NCBI GenBank assembly: GCA_963748015.1
Contig: CAVVHE010000004.1
Span: 544,001-608,000 of the forward strand
Source of the DNA: Terriglobia bacterium
Lineage (GTDB): Bacteria; Acidobacteriota; Polarisedimenticolia; Polarisedimenticolales; JAIQFR01
DNA: 64,000 nt
Direction: 5' to 3'
The notes beneath the pieces are model-generated. The model did no database searches and was not told where the DNA came from. It saw only the letters and a program-made list of their open reading frames with translations. This document shows positions 1 to 10,700 of the stretch, one piece after another; the stretch's first letter is position 1, and every line of letters begins with the position of its first letter. A program made the translations under genes and the position numbers.

Positions 1-1
1 C

Positions 2-241
2 CCGACCTGCAACGCGAGAATGGGGCCGGGCGACCTCGACCGGTTCGCGCCGCTCGCGCCCCCGGCGCGCCGCGTGCTTCTCGACGCCTGCGAGCGGATC
101 GGCCTCTCGGCCCGCGGCTTCGATCGGGTACGCCGCGTCGCGCGCACCCTCGCGGATCTCGAAGACGCGGACGCGATCGAGCCCCGCCACGTCGCCGAGG
201 CCGTGCAGTACCGGAGGGCGCTGGTGCTGGGGGCAGGGTGA
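2..241 (+). CDS. comM: YifB/ComM family Mg-chelatase-like AAA+ ATPase, C-terminal fragment (5'-truncated by window edge)
   Basis: Frame open from position 2; C-terminal motif GLSARGFDRVRRVARTLADL...HVAEAVQYR is typical of ComM/YifB. Confidence 0.85.
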   Translation, partial: PTCNARMGPGDLDRFAPLAPPARRVLLDACERIGLSARGFDRVRRVARTLADLEDADAIEPRHVAEAVQYRRALVLGAG

Positions 242-488
242 TGCGACGTGTCTCCACCGGCCGGGACCCACGGTCCGGTCCGGGGCGGATCGCCTGATCG
301 CCGCGTGCGAGGTCCGGAATGGCCTCGCGGCGCTTCATCACGGCCGCGATTTCGATCTTCTCGCGCGGGCCTCGATCCTCGACGCACGACGTATCCGCTC
401 CTGAACAGGCAGCCTCCGGCCCTTCTTGCGGCCCGGAGGGACGATCTCCAAGCTGCCAACCTCGACCGCCGCGCCGGTCGCGGCCGAT

Positions 489-517
489 TTGACTTCCCCC
501 GGGCCCGCCGGTATGCT
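489..517 (+). promoter_or_regulatory. Putative sigma-70 promoter for the rsbW-rsbV-like pair
   Basis: TTGACT-17 bp-TATGCT, ~60 bp upstream of ATG 577. Confidence 0.6.
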
Positions 518-576
518 CCTTCGAACCCAGCGGCTTCCACTGGTTTGGCCGCCAGGTACAGGAGTTCCAGGGAAAC

Positions 577-1026
577 ATGGCGGCCGCGACCTCGGTGAGA
601 CTCGTGATTCCCAGCGAGGTCCGGCTCGTGGACTTGGTCCACACCCTGACGGAGAAGCTGGCGGAGATCATCGGGTTCGAAGAGGAAGAGGGATTGAACG
701 CGGCGCTGGCGGTCCGGGAGGCCCTGATCAACGCCATCGTCCACGGCAACCGGTCCGATCCCTCGCTCGACGTTGAAGTGGACATGGTCGCGACTCACGA
801 CCGGCTCGAGGCCAGGGTGGTGGACAGGGGACGCGGCTTCGATCCGGGCGCGACGGCGGATCCGACCGAGGGAAACAACCTGTTGCGGACGTCCGGCCGC
901 GGGCTCCTGCTCATCCGGGCATTCGTGGACGACGTCAGTTTTCGTTACCTCGATGGGCGCGGCATGGAGGTCACGCTAGTCAAGGCTCACCGCCCCCCGC
1001 GCGAGGCGGAGGCAGGCCGGTCGTGA
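577..1026 (+). CDS. Anti-sigma factor / Ser kinase, RsbW/SpoIIAB family (HATPase_c)
   Basis: EALINAIVHGN (N box), DRGRGFD (G1), SGRGLLLI (G2) motifs. Confidence 0.9.
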   Translation: MAAATSVRLVIPSEVRLVDLVHTLTEKLAEIIGFEEEEGLNAALAVREALINAIVHGNRSDPSLDVEVDMVATHDRLEARVVDRGRGFDPGATADPTEGNNLLRTSGRGLLLIRAFVDDVSFRYLDGRGMEVTLVKAHRPPREAEAGRS

Positions 1027-1054
1027 CGACCGGCGGTTCCAGGAGGACAGGAAG

Positions 1055-1393
1055 ATGATGAAGGCCGCGCTCCGGCAGGTCGGCAACGTTTCGGTGCTGG
1101 ACCTGTCAGGGAAAATCACGATCGGCGAGGGAGACGTGGTGCTCCGGGACAAGGTCCACGAGCTCCTCGACTCGGGCAAGAGCCAGATCCTGCTCAACCT
1201 CGACAAGATCTCCTACATGGATTCCGCCGGCATCGGCGAGCTGGTGGCGTGCTACAAGCGAGCCCGGGAGAAGGGCGGCGCGGTGCGGCTCCTGAAGCCC
1301 CAGGGGAAGGTCGCGGACCTGCTGCAGCTCACGAAGCTCGAGCAGGTCTTCGACACCTTCGGCAACGAAGCCGACGCCCTCAAGTCGTTCTGA
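1055..1393 (+). CDS. STAS-domain anti-sigma factor antagonist, RsbV/SpoIIAA family
   Basis: YMDSAGIGELV phospho-acceptor motif; 112 aa; RBS AGGAGG upstream. Confidence 0.92.
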   Translation: MMKAALRQVGNVSVLDLSGKITIGEGDVVLRDKVHELLDSGKSQILLNLDKISYMDSAGIGELVACYKRAREKGGAVRLLKPQGKVADLLQLTKLEQVFDTFGNEADALKSF

Positions 1394-1414
1394 CGGCTCG
1401 CTCCGGCCCGGCCG

Positions 1415-4087
1415 CTAACTCTCCTGCTCGAGCCTCGCTCGCCACTCGGCGACCTTTTGCAGGGCCTCGAGAGGGGTGAGACGGTCGGGATCGGAGAGCC
1501 TGAGATCCGCCAGCACCTCGGCCGCCGCGGGATCCGCGGGCTCCGCGGCGGCCGGCTGAGGCTCGGCCACGGAGAACAGGCTCGGCTGGACGGCGGCCGC
1601 GACGCGCCCCTGGCGGCGCGCCCGCCGGGGCAGCCCGTCCCTCCCGAACTCGTCCCGCTCCAGGTTGGTCAGGATCTCCTTCGCGCGGGAGATCACCGGC
1701 TGCGGAATTCCCGCGAGCCGGGCCACCTGGATGCCGTAGGACTTGTCCGCGGCGCCGGGCTCGACGCGGTGCAGGAAGATCACCCGGTCGCCCCACTCGC
1801 GCGCTCCCATCCTGTGGTTCACGACGCCCGGCAAGGCGACGGCGAGCTCCGTGAGCTCGTGGTAGTGGGTCGCGAAGACCGTGCGCGGGGCGCCTCCCTG
1901 GCGTCCGTGAAGGGCCTCCACGACGGCCCACGCGATCGCCATCCCGTCGAAGGTCGCGGTGCCGCGGCCGATCTCGTCGAGGAGGACGAGGCTTCGCCCT
2001 CCCGCGTGGTGGAGGATGTTGGCGGTCTCGATCATCTCCACCATGAACGTGCTCTGTCCCTCGGCGAGGTTGTCCGAGGCGCCGACGCGGCAGAAGATCC
2101 GGTCCACGATCCCCACCTCGGCCTCGTCGGCCGGGACGAACGACCCGGCCTGCGCTAGGAGCGCGATCAGCCCCACCTGGCGGAGATAGGTGGATTTCCC
2201 TCCCATGTTGGGGCCGGTCAGGATCGAGATCGCCTTTTCCGCCGCGTCGAGCTCGGTGTCGTTCGGAACGAATCTGGGATCGACGAGGGTCCGCTCGACG
2301 ACCGGGTGCCGGCCGGCGACGACCTTGAGCAGCGTTCCCTCGTGGACCACGGGGCGGCAGTAGCCGCGCTCGGCGGCGACCTCGGCGAGGGCCGACAGGA
2401 CGTCGAGGAGCGCCGCGGTCCTGGCCGCGCTCTTGATTCGGTGCGCGTGCGCCGCGACCTCCGAGCGCAGGGCGCAGAAGATCTCGTATTCGAGCGACTC
2501 GATCCGCTCCTGCGCGTTCAGGACCTTGGCCTCGTGCTCCTTCAGCTCCGGGGTGAGGAACCGCTCGCCCCCCGCGATAGTCTGCTTGCGCTGGTAGTGG
2601 GCCGGGACCAGGTGCAGGTTGGGCCTCGAGACCTCGAGGTAGTAGCCGAAGACGTTGTTGAAACGGACCTTGAGCGATGCGATCCCCGTCGCCTCGCGTT
2701 CCCGCGCCTCGATCGCCGCGATGTACGCGCGCCCATCGCGGCGGATGGCTCGCAGCTCGTCGAGGGCGGGGTCGAAGCCGTCGCGGATCAGGCCGCCTTC
2801 CCGCAGCCCGACGGGAGGCGCCTCGGCGACCGCGGCCTCGAGGCGCGCCGCGAGGTCCTCGCAGGGGTCGAGGCGATCGAGCGTCTCGCGCGTCATCGGC
2901 GCGGCAAGGCGCGCGAGGGACGCCGCGAGCGACGGAAGGCGCCCGAGCGAGCGGCCGAGCGCGATCAGATCCCGGGCGTTGGCGGTTCCCGTCACGGCGC
3001 GGCCGAGGAGCCGCTCGACGTCCTGGAACGGCTTCAACCGCTCGCGAGCCTCGAGCCTCGCGGCGCCGTTCTCGAGCAGTTCCTGAACCGCGTCGAGCCG
3101 CCTCCCGATCTCCCCAGGATCGGTGAGGGGCGCCAGCAGCCACTGCCGGAGAAGGCGCGCCCCGGCCGAGGTCAGCGTCTCGTCCATCGCGTGGAGGAGC
3201 GATCCGGCCCGGCCCCCGTCCCGGATCGAGCGCTCGATCTCGAGGTTGCGCCTCGTCGCGGGATCGAGGAGGAGGTGGCGCGACGGCTCGTGGAGCGAGA
3301 TGCCGTCGATGTGCCGCAGCACGGTCTTCTGCGTCTCCTGGAGGTAGAGGAGCAGCCCTCCCGCGGCGCCGGTCGCCGCGCCGCGGTCGCCGAGCCCGAA
3401 GCCCCGGAGCGACGCCACCTCGAAGTGCCGCGCGAGGAGCTCCGCCGCCTGGTCCGGCGCGAACGCGTAGGGCTCGACCGGCGTGAGGACGGCGGACGCC
3501 GTCCGCTCCCGGCGATACGATTCCGACCACGGGAAGTCGCCGGGGTGCACGATCTCCTTGGGCCCGAAGGCGAGGAGGCGCTCGGCGAGCGCGTCCCAGC
3601 GGTCTCCTTCGGCGGGGGACTGCCAGGCCAGGAACTCGCCGGTCGAGGCGTCGAGGAAAGCCGCCCCGAGGGCACCCGAGGCGGAGGCGACCGAGGCGAT
3701 CCACCGGTTCTCCCGCGACTCGAGCTCGTCCGGGTCGGTGAGGGTGCCCGGCGTCACGACCCGGACCACGGCGCGTCGCACGAGCCCCTTCGCAGTCTTC
3801 GGATCCTCGACCTGGTCGCAGATCGCGACGCTCTTGCCGGCCCTGACGAGCTTGGCGGTGTAGGCGTCGAGCTGGTGATGGGGGAAGCCGCACATCGGGG
3901 CGACGTTGTCGGTCCCCTTGCCCCGCGCGGTCAGCGTCAGATCGAGGAGCCCGCTCGCCTCCTGCGCGTCCTCGTGGAACATCTCGTAGAAATCCCCCAT
4001 CCGGAAGAGCAGGATCGCGCCGGGATGGTTGCGCTTGTGCTCCCGGTACTGCCGGAACATGGGGGTGGCGGGGGACGAATCGCGCAT
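1415..4087 (-). CDS. mutS: DNA mismatch repair protein MutS
   Basis: TPMFRQY, GDFYEMF mismatch-binding motif, Walker A TGPNMGGKST, DEIGRGT, FATHYHEL; start trimmed to ATG 4087. Confidence 0.97.
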   Translation of the reverse strand: MRDSSPATPMFRQYREHKRNHPGAILLFRMGDFYEMFHEDAQEASGLLDLTLTARGKGTDNVAPMCGFPHHQLDAYTAKLVRAGKSVAICDQVEDPKTAKGLVRRAVVRVVTPGTLTDPDELESRENRWIASVASASGALGAAFLDASTGEFLAWQSPAEGDRWDALAERLLAFGPKEIVHPGDFPWSESYRRERTASAVLTPVEPYAFAPDQAAELLARHFEVASLRGFGLGDRGAATGAAGGLLLYLQETQKTVLRHIDGISLHEPSRHLLLDPATRRNLEIERSIRDGGRAGSLLHAMDETLTSAGARLLRQWLLAPLTDPGEIGRRLDAVQELLENGAARLEARERLKPFQDVERLLGRAVTGTANARDLIALGRSLGRLPSLAASLARLAAPMTRETLDRLDPCEDLAARLEAAVAEAPPVGLREGGLIRDGFDPALDELRAIRRDGRAYIAAIEAREREATGIASLKVRFNNVFGYYLEVSRPNLHLVPAHYQRKQTIAGGERFLTPELKEHEAKVLNAQERIESLEYEIFCALRSEVAAHAHRIKSAARTAALLDVLSALAEVAAERGYCRPVVHEGTLLKVVAGRHPVVERTLVDPRFVPNDTELDAAEKAISILTGPNMGGKSTYLRQVGLIALLAQAGSFVPADEAEVGIVDRIFCRVGASDNLAEGQSTFMVEMIETANILHHAGGRSLVLLDEIGRGTATFDGMAIAWAVVEALHGRQGGAPRTVFATHYHELTELAVALPGVVNHRMGAREWGDRVIFLHRVEPGAADKSYGIQVARLAGIPQPVISRAKEILTNLERDEFGRDGLPRRARRQGRVAAAVQPSLFSVAEPQPAAAEPADPAAAEVLADLRLSDPDRLTPLEALQKVAEWRARLEQES

Positions 4088-4152
4088 CGGCCGGAAGAGT
4101 ATACAGGCAATCTCCGCGAGACGGCCCACCGCGCGCGCCCCGGAACTCCCCG

Positions 4153-4181
4153 TTGACGCCGCTTCGCCGGAACGATATAAA
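4153..4181 (+). promoter_or_regulatory. Putative sigma-70 promoter (probably leaderless transcript)
   Basis: TTGACG-17 bp-TATAAA, ATG 8 nt downstream, no Shine-Dalgarno. Confidence 0.6.
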
Positions 4182-4189
4182 GGCCGGCG

Positions 4190-4549
4190 ATGGAATCGCA
4201 GGAGCTCTCGAGCGAGCTGACCGAGCAGGACCGGATCCTGCTGGTGTTCGACTACCTCGGTCCGCTCGCGCTGTTCTCCCTCGTCGCGAGCCGCCGCGAG
4301 TTGGTCAAGTGGCACGCGAAGCAGGGGCTACTCCTGACGGCGACGGTCACGGCGCTCTACGTCGTCGTCCGGCCGGTCTACCTGCTGCTCCGGCAGTACG
4401 TCTGGCAGTTTTTCGGCGACCTGTTCTGGGCGGCCATCTCGCTGGTCGGCATCGGCGTCCTCTTGCTGATGCTGATGTGCATCGTGAGGGCGCTGGAAGG
4501 GGAGCGGTTCAAGATCCCCGTTCTCGGAGACCTCGCCGACCGGTTCTGA
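4190..4549 (+). CDS. Small membrane protein, DUF4870/Tic20-like
   Basis: Three hydrophobic segments; VKWHAKQG and C-terminal GERFKIPVLG motifs typical of this family. Confidence 0.75.
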   Translation: MESQELSSELTEQDRILLVFDYLGPLALFSLVASRRELVKWHAKQGLLLTATVTALYVVVRPVYLLLRQYVWQFFGDLFWAAISLVGIGVLLLMLMCIVRALEGERFKIPVLGDLADRF

Positions 4550-4571
4550 GCGGACCGCCCCGGCGCCGCGC

Positions 4572-5702
4572 CTATTCGCCAGGCGCTTTCAGCTCCCACT
4601 GCTCGGGATGGAACACCAGCGGGGCGAACCCCTTCTGGAAGGCCGTCTCCCGGATCGGAAGCCCGCGCGCGGCGAACTCGATGCCGGCGGCAACGAAGAC
4701 GCGGTGCGCCTCCCGGAGTCGCGCGGGGAGATCGGGGGCCGGCGGGGCCGCCGCCGAGCTCTCGGCGCCTTCCGCCGAGGTGGGATTCGCCTCGCGGGCG
4801 ACCTTGGACTTCTCGATCATCAGCGTCTCGAGCTCTTCCTGCGAGAGGCGGTCCCAGGTGCGGCCGTCGGGAGCGAGGGAGGGGAGCGAGCCGATCGCCG
4901 CCGCCTGCAGCGCGAGTTGGCGGGCGTAGCGGGCGTCGTCGCCCCCGGCCGTGTCGAGCTGCTCGGCGCGGCGCCACGCATCCGCGGCCTCCTGCCAGTG
5001 CCCCCTCCGGACCTGTGCGATCGCTAGCCTGAGACAGTCCGCGGCCGCCGGCTCCGGCATGGCGACGACCTCGGAGTACGCCTTCGCCGCGGAGTCCCAG
5101 TCCATTCGAATCAGCGCCCGGTCGCCGAGATAGCGCCACGCCCACCGCATGTAGGAAGGGTACCGGCTGGCGTCCGACTCGAGCGCGGCGATCGTCTTCC
5201 GGTACCATTCCTCCGCCCTGTCGTCGCGGCCGCTGTCGGCGTAGAGCTTCGCGGCCCGGAACCGATCCACGCCCGCCGACGGCGCCTTCCACTTGCCGGA
5301 CTCGAGACGCGAGACGGCTTCCGCCGCGACCCGCGTCGAATCGGGGGCGCGGCCGAGGTTCCTGTAGACGTTCGACAGGTAGAACCACGCCTCGATCGAT
5401 CCACCGGCGGCGGTCTCCTTCTCGAGCGCCTCGACGGCACGCTGCTGGACACGGGTCCGCTCGGCCTCGTCGCCCGCGGCGCCCGCGCAGAACGCGAGCC
5501 GGTAGAGGACGGAGCCGTCGGCCTTGCCCGCGGCGTCGAGCGCCCGGAAGCCCGCGAGCGCCTCCGGGTAGCGTCCCAGGTCGTACAGGCGGATCGCGCT
5601 CTCGCGCGGGTCTTCGGTGGCGGCCGGAGCCGCGGCGGGAGCGGCAGCCGCAAGGGCCGCTAGCGGCATCGCGAGAACCGCGAGGCAGGCGACTAATCGC
5701 AT
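4572..5702 (-). CDS. Exported tetratricopeptide-repeat protein
   Basis: N-terminal signal peptide MRLVACLAVLAMPLAALAAA; repeated TPR-like helices (YDLGRYPEAL, YRNLGR, YADSGR); RBS GGGAGG. Confidence 0.75.
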   Translation of the reverse strand: MRLVACLAVLAMPLAALAAAAPAAAPAATEDPRESAIRLYDLGRYPEALAGFRALDAAGKADGSVLYRLAFCAGAAGDEAERTRVQQRAVEALEKETAAGGSIEAWFYLSNVYRNLGRAPDSTRVAAEAVSRLESGKWKAPSAGVDRFRAAKLYADSGRDDRAEEWYRKTIAALESDASRYPSYMRWAWRYLGDRALIRMDWDSAAKAYSEVVAMPEPAAADCLRLAIAQVRRGHWQEAADAWRRAEQLDTAGGDDARYARQLALQAAAIGSLPSLAPDGRTWDRLSQEELETLMIEKSKVAREANPTSAEGAESSAAAPPAPDLPARLREAHRVFVAAGIEFAARGLPIRETAFQKGFAPLVFHPEQWELKAPGE

Positions 5703-5813
5703 CGGGATCCCTCCCTGAGACTCCTTGACTACCACCGCTCGCGCCGCGATGCAACCGGCGCGGTGGGCCGGATCGTCTGGTACCCTGTACCGTTCCGGGC
5801 GACGGGAGGGCGG

Positions 5814-6473
5814 ATGCAGGTGCGCTGGCGCATGGCCTTGTTGGCCGCGATGCTCGTTGCGGCGAGCGGCGTCCCGCGTGCCGCGACACGGGAGCGGGCG
5901 CCTCGAGGACCGATCGAGGGTCTGGCCGGATGGCTCGAAGGAACCCGCGACCTCACCTGCCGCTTCGAGCAGCGATTGCTGTCCGGTGCCCTGGGGGCGG
6001 GGACGCGGGAGTCGGGCATTTTCTACCTCCTTCGGCCCGGAAGGCTCCGCTGGGAGTACGACGATCCGGAGCCGAAGACGGCGATCGTCGATGGAGAACG
6101 GACCCTGCTCTTCCTGCCGGACGACCGCCAGCTGATTCGCGGGCGCCTTTCCCCGGACGAGGACCTGCTCCCGGCGCTCCTGGCCGGGCGGGGGAAGATC
6201 CGCGAGCTGTTCGACGCGAGGGTGCTCGAGCCGGCCGAAACGCAGGACGGGGTTCGGGTTCGACTCGTCCCGCGATCGGCGCCGGGCGGCGTGCAGGAGG
6301 TCACCCTGACGCTCCGCCCGCCGGATTACTCGATCGAGAGGGCGGAGGTCCTCGACCCGGCCGGGAACCGCATGGAGTACCTGTTCACGAAAGTCCGCCG
6401 CAACAAGGGCGTCCCGGAGTCGCTGTTCACCTTCGAGCCGCCGCCCGGCACCGAGATCTCCGGCCCGCCGTGA
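5814..6473 (+). CDS. lolA: Outer-membrane lipoprotein carrier protein LolA
   Basis: Signal peptide; FEQ...RPGRLRWEY...IVDG and C-terminal FTFEPPPG motifs. Confidence 0.85.
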   Translation: MQVRWRMALLAAMLVAASGVPRAATRERAPRGPIEGLAGWLEGTRDLTCRFEQRLLSGALGAGTRESGIFYLLRPGRLRWEYDDPEPKTAIVDGERTLLFLPDDRQLIRGRLSPDEDLLPALLAGRGKIRELFDARVLEPAETQDGVRVRLVPRSAPGGVQEVTLTLRPPDYSIERAEVLDPAGNRMEYLFTKVRRNKGVPESLFTFEPPPGTEISGPP

Positions 6474-6555
6474 CCGGGGGGGCTCTCCGCCCGGATTATC
6501 CGCCGGCCGGGATTTCCGGTACACTCGGGGGGCTCGCCAGGGAGAGAAGGACCAC

Positions 6556-7587
6556 TTGAGCACATCGGATCGGTTCTCGGGACGCGTCGAGCCGTCCCCG
6601 CGGGATGCGGTTGCCGCGGCGGCGTCCGTCTTCGCGCCGGTCGAGGAGAGGCTCCAGGCCGTCGAGGCGACGTTCCGGGAGAATCTCGCCTCGCCGCTCC
6701 GGATCATCGACGAGATCGGTGGCTTCGTCGCCGACGCCGGCGGGAAGCGCGTCCGGCCGGCGATCCACCTGCTCTGCGCGGAGATGTGCGGGTACAAGGG
6801 GCCCCACGACGTCCTGATGGCCGCGGTCCTCGAGTTCATCCACTCGGCGACCCTGATTCACGACGACATCATCGACGAGGCCACGACGCGCAGGGGGCGG
6901 CCCTCGGTCAACCGGCGATGGGGGAACAACGTCACGGTCCTCTTCGGCGACTACATGTTCGCCAAGGCGATGGAGATGGCGCTCGGGGCCGGAAGCCTCG
7001 GGATCATCCGGAAGCTCGCCGAGCTGACGCTCCGCATGACCGAAGGGGAGATGCTCCAGACCCGCTACGTCGGCCGCCTGGACCTGACGGTAGCCGAGCA
7101 CGAGGACCTGATCGAGCGCAAGACGGCGGCGCTCTTCGCGGGCTGCTGTGAAATCGCGGGGATGCTTGCGGGAGCGGACGCCGAGACCGGGGCCGCCCTC
7201 GGGCGTTACGGGAACCGGGTGGGGATGGCGTTCCAGATGGTGGACGACCTGCTGGATTTCACCGGCGACGCCACCCGGTTGGGAAAGCCTGCCGCGAGCG
7301 ACCTGCGCGAGGGCAAGGTCACCCTCGCCCTGATCGATCTCCTCGGCTCGGGGTCCAGGCGCGGGCACTCCCTCGCTCGCCGCATCATGCAGCGCGCCAA
7401 GCCGGGGGCCGAGGACATCGCGGAGCTGACGGCCCTTCTCGAGAGCAGCGGCGCGCTCGGGCGGGCGAGGGACCAGGCTCGGCAGACGGCCGCCGAGGCC
7501 GTGCTCGAGCTTCGCCGGTTCCCCGACGGCCCGGCCAGGAGAGCGCTCGAGGCGGTCCCGGGGTTTCTGATCTCGCGCGACCGCTGA
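6556..7587 (+). CDS. Polyprenyl diphosphate synthase (IspB/HepT-like)
   Basis: GGKRVRP, first DDIID..RRG and second FQMVDDLLD aspartate-rich motifs; TTG start. Confidence 0.93.
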   Translation: MSTSDRFSGRVEPSPRDAVAAAASVFAPVEERLQAVEATFRENLASPLRIIDEIGGFVADAGGKRVRPAIHLLCAEMCGYKGPHDVLMAAVLEFIHSATLIHDDIIDEATTRRGRPSVNRRWGNNVTVLFGDYMFAKAMEMALGAGSLGIIRKLAELTLRMTEGEMLQTRYVGRLDLTVAEHEDLIERKTAALFAGCCEIAGMLAGADAETGAALGRYGNRVGMAFQMVDDLLDFTGDATRLGKPAASDLREGKVTLALIDLLGSGSRRGHSLARRIMQRAKPGAEDIAELTALLESSGALGRARDQARQTAAEAVLELRRFPDGPARRALEAVPGFLISRDR

Positions 7588-7680
7588 CCTGCGTCCGCCG
7601 GACCCGCGTCCATTCGGGGCCTTCAAGGCCCGATATCTGGTAGACGTCCCGCCCGGAGCCCCAAGATATCGCGTTCCGTA

Positions 7681-7710
7681 TTGAGCCGGGCCCTCTCGCG
7701 GTGGTATATT
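7681..7710 (+). promoter_or_regulatory. Putative sigma-70 promoter for smc
   Basis: TTGAGC-18 bp-TATATT with extended TG. Confidence 0.45.
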
Positions 7711-7754
7711 CGGGTAGAGATCGGCCACCGGGACGGGGCCGGGAAGGGGTTCGC

Positions 7755-10700
7755 GTGTCGCAGGTCAAGCTCGACAAGATCCGCATCAGCGGGTTCAAGT
7801 CCTTCAGCGACCACACGGAGGTCGCGTTCCCCGCCGGGATCACCGCGGTCGTGGGACCGAACGGCTGCGGCAAATCGAACATCGGGGACGCCCTGAACTG
7901 GGTCCTCGGGGAGCAGAGCGCCAGGATGCTCCGCGGCGCGAACATGCAGGACGTGATCTTCAACGGCAGCGAAGCGCGCAAGCCGCTCGGCATGGCCGAG
8001 GTGTCGATCGAGATGTCCGGCCTGAACGGGACTCCGGACGGCGCGGCGCGCGACGTCGTGCTCACGCGGAGGCTTTTCCGGAACGGCGAGAGCGAGTACC
8101 TGGTCAACGGGGCCCGCGCGCGGCTCAAGGACATCCAGGAGATCCTCCGCGAGGCCCACATCGGCACCCAGACCTACTCCACGATCGAGCAGGGGAGGAT
8201 CGACCAGATCCTGAACGCGAAGCCGAAGGAGCGCCGGCTGCTGATCGAGGAAGCGGCCGGCATCTCCGGCTTCAAGCACAAGCGCCGTCTCGCCGAGCTG
8301 AAGCTCGAGGCGACCCAGGCGAACCTGCTCCGGGTCGGTGACATCGTCGCGGAGGTCCGCCGCCAGATCAACTCCCTCAAGCGTCAGGCGGCGAAGGCGC
8401 GAAGATACCAGCGGCTGCGCGACGAGCTCCGCGCGAAGGAGCGCGTCCGCTTCGGGGCCAGGGCGAAGCAGATGGACGAGGATCTCGCCCGGCTTCGCGA
8501 GGAGGAGCGGGCGGCGCGGACCGCCGAGGTCGAGGCCTCGGCGGAGCTCGCGAGGTCGGAGGCCTCGCTCGAGGCCGACCGGCTCGCGGTCGCGGACGCC
8601 GAGAGGATGCTGCGCGAGGTGACGGACCGCGTTCACCAGCTCGATCTGGAGATCGACCGCGAGGAAGCGCGCGCGCGCTCGAGCCGCGAGCGCATCGAGG
8701 AGGCGTCGTCGCGGATCGCCCAGCTCGAGGGGGAGGTCGGCGGGCTGGAGACGCGAAGGGTGGGGGCGATCGAGGAGTCGCGCGTCCACGCCGAGAGCAT
8801 GGAAGCCGAGCGACGGGAGCTCGAGGACGCGGCGGCCCGGCTCGAGGAGCGGCAGGCCGCCGTGGAGCAGGCGGAGACCTTGCTGTCGGGGAAGCGGCAG
8901 CGCATCGACGCGTCGAGGAAGAAGCTGTTCGCGACGATGAGCGAGGCCGCCGAGGCGCGCAACCGCCGCCGCGCGATCGACGAAGCGATCGAGCGCGCCG
9001 TGGAGCGCCGATCGCGGCTCGCGGTGGAGCGCGAGGAAGCGGGGACCGATCTCTCGAGACTCCACGACGAGGCCAGGCGGCTCGGCGAGGACGCCGAGGC
9101 GCACGCGGGCGAGCTCGATCGCCTTCGGGACGCGAGCGCCGCGGCGGAGAAGACGCTCGCGGAGGCGAGAGATCGCGTGGCGCGCGATCTCGAATCCCTG
9201 GCCGGCGCGCGCGAGCGCGCGCAGTCCGCAGCCGCCCGGCTCCGCACGCTCGAGGACGTGGCGACGCGGTTCGCCGGAGTGTCCGACGGCGTGAAGCTGC
9301 TGCTCACGTCGGGCCCGGCGGCGGGCGTGCGCTCCGGCGGGGTCGTGGCGGATTTCGTCGAGGCCTCGCGCGAGTTCGAAGGGCCGGCGGAGGCTTACCT
9401 GCACGGGATCCTGCCGGCCGTGGTCGTCGACGAGGACGAGGACGCCGTCCGCGCCGCCGAGCTGATCCGCTCGCAGGGATCCGGCCGGACGTTCGTGCTC
9501 TCCCGTTCGCAGCCTGCCGGGCGCACGGTGGTCGGGAGCCGCGCCGGCGACAGCCTTCCGTTCCCCGAGGAGCTGCTTCGGGATCCGCGCGTGCTGGGCA
9601 GGCTCCGGGACCGGCTCAACCTCGCGGCCAGCGCCAACGGTTTCGTCCGCGACCGGATCGGCGACGCCGTTCTCGTGGACCGTCTCGAGAGCGCGCTCGA
9701 GCTCCACCGCCTGTATCCCGAAGCGGACTACCTGACGCCGCAGGGAGAGGCGGTGCTCGCGTCGGGACTCGTGGCCGTCGGCGGAAAGGTCGCATCCGAC
9801 CACGGCCTCCTCGCCCACAACCGCAGGACGCACGAGGCCAAGGGCGAGCTCGCGGAGGCCGAGGCGCGCGCCTCGGCCCTCCAGACGGCGCTCGACGCGG
9901 CGCGCGCGTCCGCGTCGGAGAGCGAGGCCGAGGTCGAGCGCCTTCGAAACGCGACGGAGGCGGCCGGGCAGCGGCGCGTCGAGCTGCTTCTCCTGGCCGA
10001 GCGGGCCACGGGGGACCGGGAGCGGATGGGGCGGCGCGCGGGGGTCCTTGCGGAAGAGCTCTCGTCACTCGAGGTGGAGTCGGGACGGCTGGCCGGGGAA
10101 TTGGAGGCCGCGGCTTTGGCCGTCGGCGCGTGCGAGGACGCCCAGCGGGAGGTGGAGCAGGACCTGGCCGCCGAGGCGTCGAATCTGGAGGAGGTCGAGA
10201 GACTGCTGCGCGAGCAGGGAGAAGCGTCGGCCGCGCTCCGCGCGGACGTGCTGGTGCGGCGCCAGCGCCGCTCCGCGATGGAGCGGGAAAGGGAACGGCT
10301 GGAGCTGGCGCTCGCGGAAGTGGAATCTCGGCTCGTCTCGGTGAGGGAAGAGATCGCCGCGGCGAGCGCGCGGGCGGCGGAGTCCGGCGAGATCCTGCGG
10401 AGCGCGTCGGAGGCGCTCGGCCATCACATCGCCGAGCGGGAGGGGCTTGCGGCCGGCGCGGCAGCGAGCGAGGCCGCTCTTGCCGATCGGAGGCGGGAGG
10501 TATCGGAGCGCGAGTCGTCCCTTCGAAGCCTGAGGGGGTCGCTGGACGTCCGCCGCGAGAAGTCCCAAGCGGCCGAGCTGGCCCTCGCGAGTGCCACGGC
10601 CGATCGCCGCCACCTGGACGACCTCTGCTTCCAGGAGCTCGGGACGTCCGCGTCGGATGCCGCCGCCGCGGCGGTCGACGAGCTCGAGGCCCCCGCGGCG

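Noticed and set aside
242..480. Non-coding stretch with a small hairpin (CCTCCGG/CCGGAGG) and ORFs 248-598 and 426-776
   Set aside because: No recognisable RNA motif or protein signature; short GC-rich stems arise by chance
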